A stretch of DNA of 63,223 nt, the filler included, from Choristocarpus tenellus KU-1152 (lineage: Eukaryota > Protista > Phaeophyceae), in the NCBI GenBank assembly GCA_964200185.2. It is 13 parts of 13 records of this genome, joined end to end, with 100 filler letters (N's around TTAATTAATTAA, not from the genome) between each part and the next. Parts side by side here need not be neighbours in the genome. Positions count along the whole stretch, not along the records: positions 60,328 to 63,223 come from CAXNAD020023825.1; 12 more parts are not named here. One strand, given 5' to 3'. Below are positions 60,228-63,223 of this stretch, one piece after another. The notes below the pieces were generated by a model. That model was not told where the DNA came from. It worked only from the letters and a program-made list of their open reading frames with translations, and ran no database searches. Position 1 is the stretch's first letter, and each line of letters starts with the position of its first letter. A program made the position numbers and the translations under genes.

Positions 60228-60749
60228 NNNNNNNNNNNNNNNNNNNNNNNNNNNNNNNNNNNNNNNNNNNNTTAATTAATTAANNNNNNNNNNNNNNNNN
60301 NNNNNNNNNNNNNNNNNNNNNNNNNNNCCCCCCAGATACTTAGGGTCATGAGGACTACCCGTGGAGCTGCAAATACAGTTTGGAATAGGTAACCAGACAG
60401 GGAACAGTAATTTACTACTAGTGGTATTTTATGACCAGCAAATGCACCATCATAGATAGTTACTTTTTGTTATCCCACCATTGTTATTCTATTCTGTGTC
60501 ATATCCGTAAGGTACACAACGAGAGTAAGTGGATCAAGACGTAGGTGTCCACTGTGTAGTCTGCTTCACCCCACCCTTACCCTTGTGGTTCAGTCTAGTG
60601 TGAGGCCAAACATCAATGCCGGTGTACACATTCCTAATCAAGAAAGTATACTCGTGTGATAAATGATCTTCAAACAGGATTCTCGAACATGAAGGCTTAA
60701 AAAATGCTCGTATGCAGGTAGAATGTAGTTTTAAATTTTCGGTGCACCA

Positions 60750-61650
60750 AGTTGTTACAATCCGATCAAGATGCCCAACTTGATAACACTATTGCGACAG
60801 AATTGTCCGTTTTTGGTCGCAAGAAAACCGAATTAACTACTCTGTATCATCCTCAAGAAAATTATACGTTAGAGAGAGTACATGGTATGTTGCATTCTAC
60901 GGTAGCAAGTATATCTCCGTTGCTGAGGATAACTGGGCCATCGATATTGCCTATTGTATAGTTAGCCAATAACACAGCTTTCAGTCCAAAGTCTGATGAA
61001 ACCCCATTTTTCTTTCTTCGTTTGAAGACAAGCTCCTTCTTCGGTTGATGTTGCTTTAGACGATACAACTGAGGGTTTCACTTCACAAACCAAAGATAAT
61101 TTACAGCTTGCATTTTGAGATGTCACTACAGAATCTCCATAACACATCAAGATCCAGGAACGTGCCATCCAACGTCTCGTGTTTCCCGTCTTTGTACCTG
61201 GTAATGAAGTTCTTGTCCATGGACCACATGAGAGTATTGATGGTCCGAATCCAAAGTTATGCTTCACCCTTGGAGATAGGTACGTATGCAAACGTTAGAG
61301 AAATATTATATCTTATACAGGGTCGTACGACCTGGAAACGTATATTTGTTCCCTTTTCATTTGGGTAGAACGAAGCTTTATTACCCACAAGTCCAACTTC
61401 CCACACCAGGCTTAAGTGAGCTGAACCTTTTGATTTTGGGAAAATCGGTTACCCTTGCTGGACGTAGATCACCAAGCCTCTCAACTCGTTATTGGTCAGT
61501 ACACTAATGAGACCATTTGTTAGACATAGACTTCGTACAAAATATTATCTATCGCCTTCGTCTTTGTCGACATGAACCCTCTTGTGACCATCACGAAAGA
61601 GCAGAACAGATCCGAAAGTGCTGTGGAAGGAGTGCAGCCTATCGTGCAGT
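60750..61650 (+). pseudogene. Heavily degenerate Ty3/Gypsy integrase of a related family
   Basis: LQSDQ, YHPQENYTLERVHGMLH, LANNTAFSPKSDETPFF, PGNEVLVHGPHESIDGPNPKL in shifting frames; collinear with the 58743-60227 protein. Confidence 0.8.
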
Positions 61651-62499
61651 AAATGGATTGGTGAATCAGTCCGATTCTTGTTCCAAACACTATTGACTTA
61701 GCAATTCGTAGTTTCTCTTACCATATTCCGTATCTCAGTTTCCATATTCATTGCCATTGTAGTATTACAACCTACTATCCAAGGTAAATATGTTATTGGA
61801 TATGTGTCTGGTACAGATGCCTGCCAATCGTTTTCACAACTGGTGGTCTGGCTTGGCCCAGATCTCGTGTTACCCACATATCATCTTATATTTAGGTTGA
61901 CCATCTCGTTGGATGTTTTTATGTCATATTGTCGTAGATGGGTGTAGTCTATCGTATTGCAAAGAAAAGAGACATCCGGTGATAGACCTAAGTCAAACCC
62001 TGATAGTGGCCAGTCTTGACTTGACATCTTGTGTTTATCAAGTCTATCAATCCTTCGAAAAAGTACTGTACATAAAAGTTGGAGGCGTTTAGATATATAA
62101 GTAGTATATGCAATGTGATGTTATCTCCCAACTCTCGTCGTTTCACACGAATGGACACATGCGATGGTGAAGAGAGATCGACAAATAAATGGGCATATTA
62201 TCACTCACTCGTGTGTGCTGGAGGTTGCTGTTCATTACATCGTGTCTCTCTTTTGTGGAATATATTTATTAATACTCATGAAACGATCGATTTCTACAAA
62301 AACAAATTTCAAGTTCACCCTTAGGAAAGTCATGGGGATTCATAGTGAGGATTTATTATTCTTTGTTATTGAGTGAACTTATCCCCCTGACATGATGCAA
62401 TGACCATACAGTCACCTCGTATTGTCGTGAGAGTTGAGCCACCAACATCGTTCATCCTACTGTGTCCACTTGGAATTTTGTCACCATCGTGAATGATAT

Positions 62500-63100
62500 T
62501 TCGAATCACATCATAATGTGAGAAAGGAGAAGTGTACAAATAGTCTATTGACCTCATCTGCTGTGTTGACTTTGACCACATTATACACATGCTTCTGTTT
62601 TCGCACATCGGAGTGTTGATTAAAAAAATGGTTCAACCCTCGTTTAAAAGCACTATCAGATTGCAAACGCTTGTGAACAGTTGTTCCCACAATAAATCGT
62701 GTACTCCACATTTTCCCATTCTTGTCTATCCTCTGTGTTTATACGAGATACCAGAGGCCCTTATGCTGAACCAATATACATCTCGACTCGTATTTAGGCT
62801 AACCATATTATGGAGGAAAGCTATAATACTCATATCTCCTTTATTTGACATTTTAATACCATCAATACTAGTTTTCATTGTAGAATACTTTAATGCCCCA
62901 ACGCAAGCGAAGTTCCCATACCAACAACTACATATTGTTCATTGCCAGAAACTTGTTTGTAATTCCATAAGTTGAGGTGTTGAACATTCTCCAAGTTTTT
63001 TACCACTTATTTCTATCTTCCTAGAAATATAACAATACCTATTGTACGCGAGTTTCGTATTATAAAACAGTCTGTACAATATCTTACTATTTAAATGATT
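62500..63100 (-). pseudogene. Possible degenerate Copia RNase H remnant
   Basis: Only weak motif likeness (VVKVNTADEVNRLF resembling V-T-D-IAD-FTK); many stops. Confidence 0.25.
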
Positions 63101-63223
63101 ACGGACAACCACCACCAAGTGCTAAGCGCTATCATGATGCAGAACAATGGTGGACCTATGCCTTCGAACCCTGAGCTTGATGGTGCTATGCTAACCATAT
63201 ACCATCAACTTCTTACTACTTAT

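Noticed and set aside
1-63223. tRNA/rRNA genes or endogenous giant-virus genes
   Set aside because: None recognised by eye; tRNAscan-SE, Infernal and NCLDV marker HMM searches would be needed to exclude them.

Overview
Eukaryotic nuclear DNA, most likely a brown alga or related photosynthetic stramenopile (inferred from short GT-AG exons in long introns, a stramenopile-type Zn2Cys6 factor, flagellar CFAP100 and TTAGGG motifs). The window is NOT contiguous. It is 13 contigs of about 3-8 kb joined by twelve artificial 100-bp spacers (N44-TTAATTAATTAA-N44), so adjacency across spacers carries no proven meaning. Most listed six-frame ORFs are spurious; the real genes are spliced and were rebuilt by hand. 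They are partial genes for a Zn(II)2Cys6 transcription factor, a STI1/DP-repeat protein, a signal-peptide TPR protein, CFAP100 head-to-head with an LRR protein, the NVL/Rix7 AAA-ATPase head-to-head with an unknown gene, an Sfi1-repeat-like protein with a ~3.2-kb exon, and two unidentified genes. The rest is transposon debris: Copia, Ty3/Gypsy chromo-integrase, RTE-type LINE, three MITE families and a cluster of ~60-bp hairpin/(TAA)n repeats. I found no convincing new multi-gene system. The best leads are a CpG-island versus CpG-depleted gene-body pattern (a methylation footprint), the hairpin repeat cluster, two MITE families sharing a terminal motif, a duplicated intron-flanked cassette behind a Gypsy integrase, and frequent AAG (including poly-A) splice acceptors.
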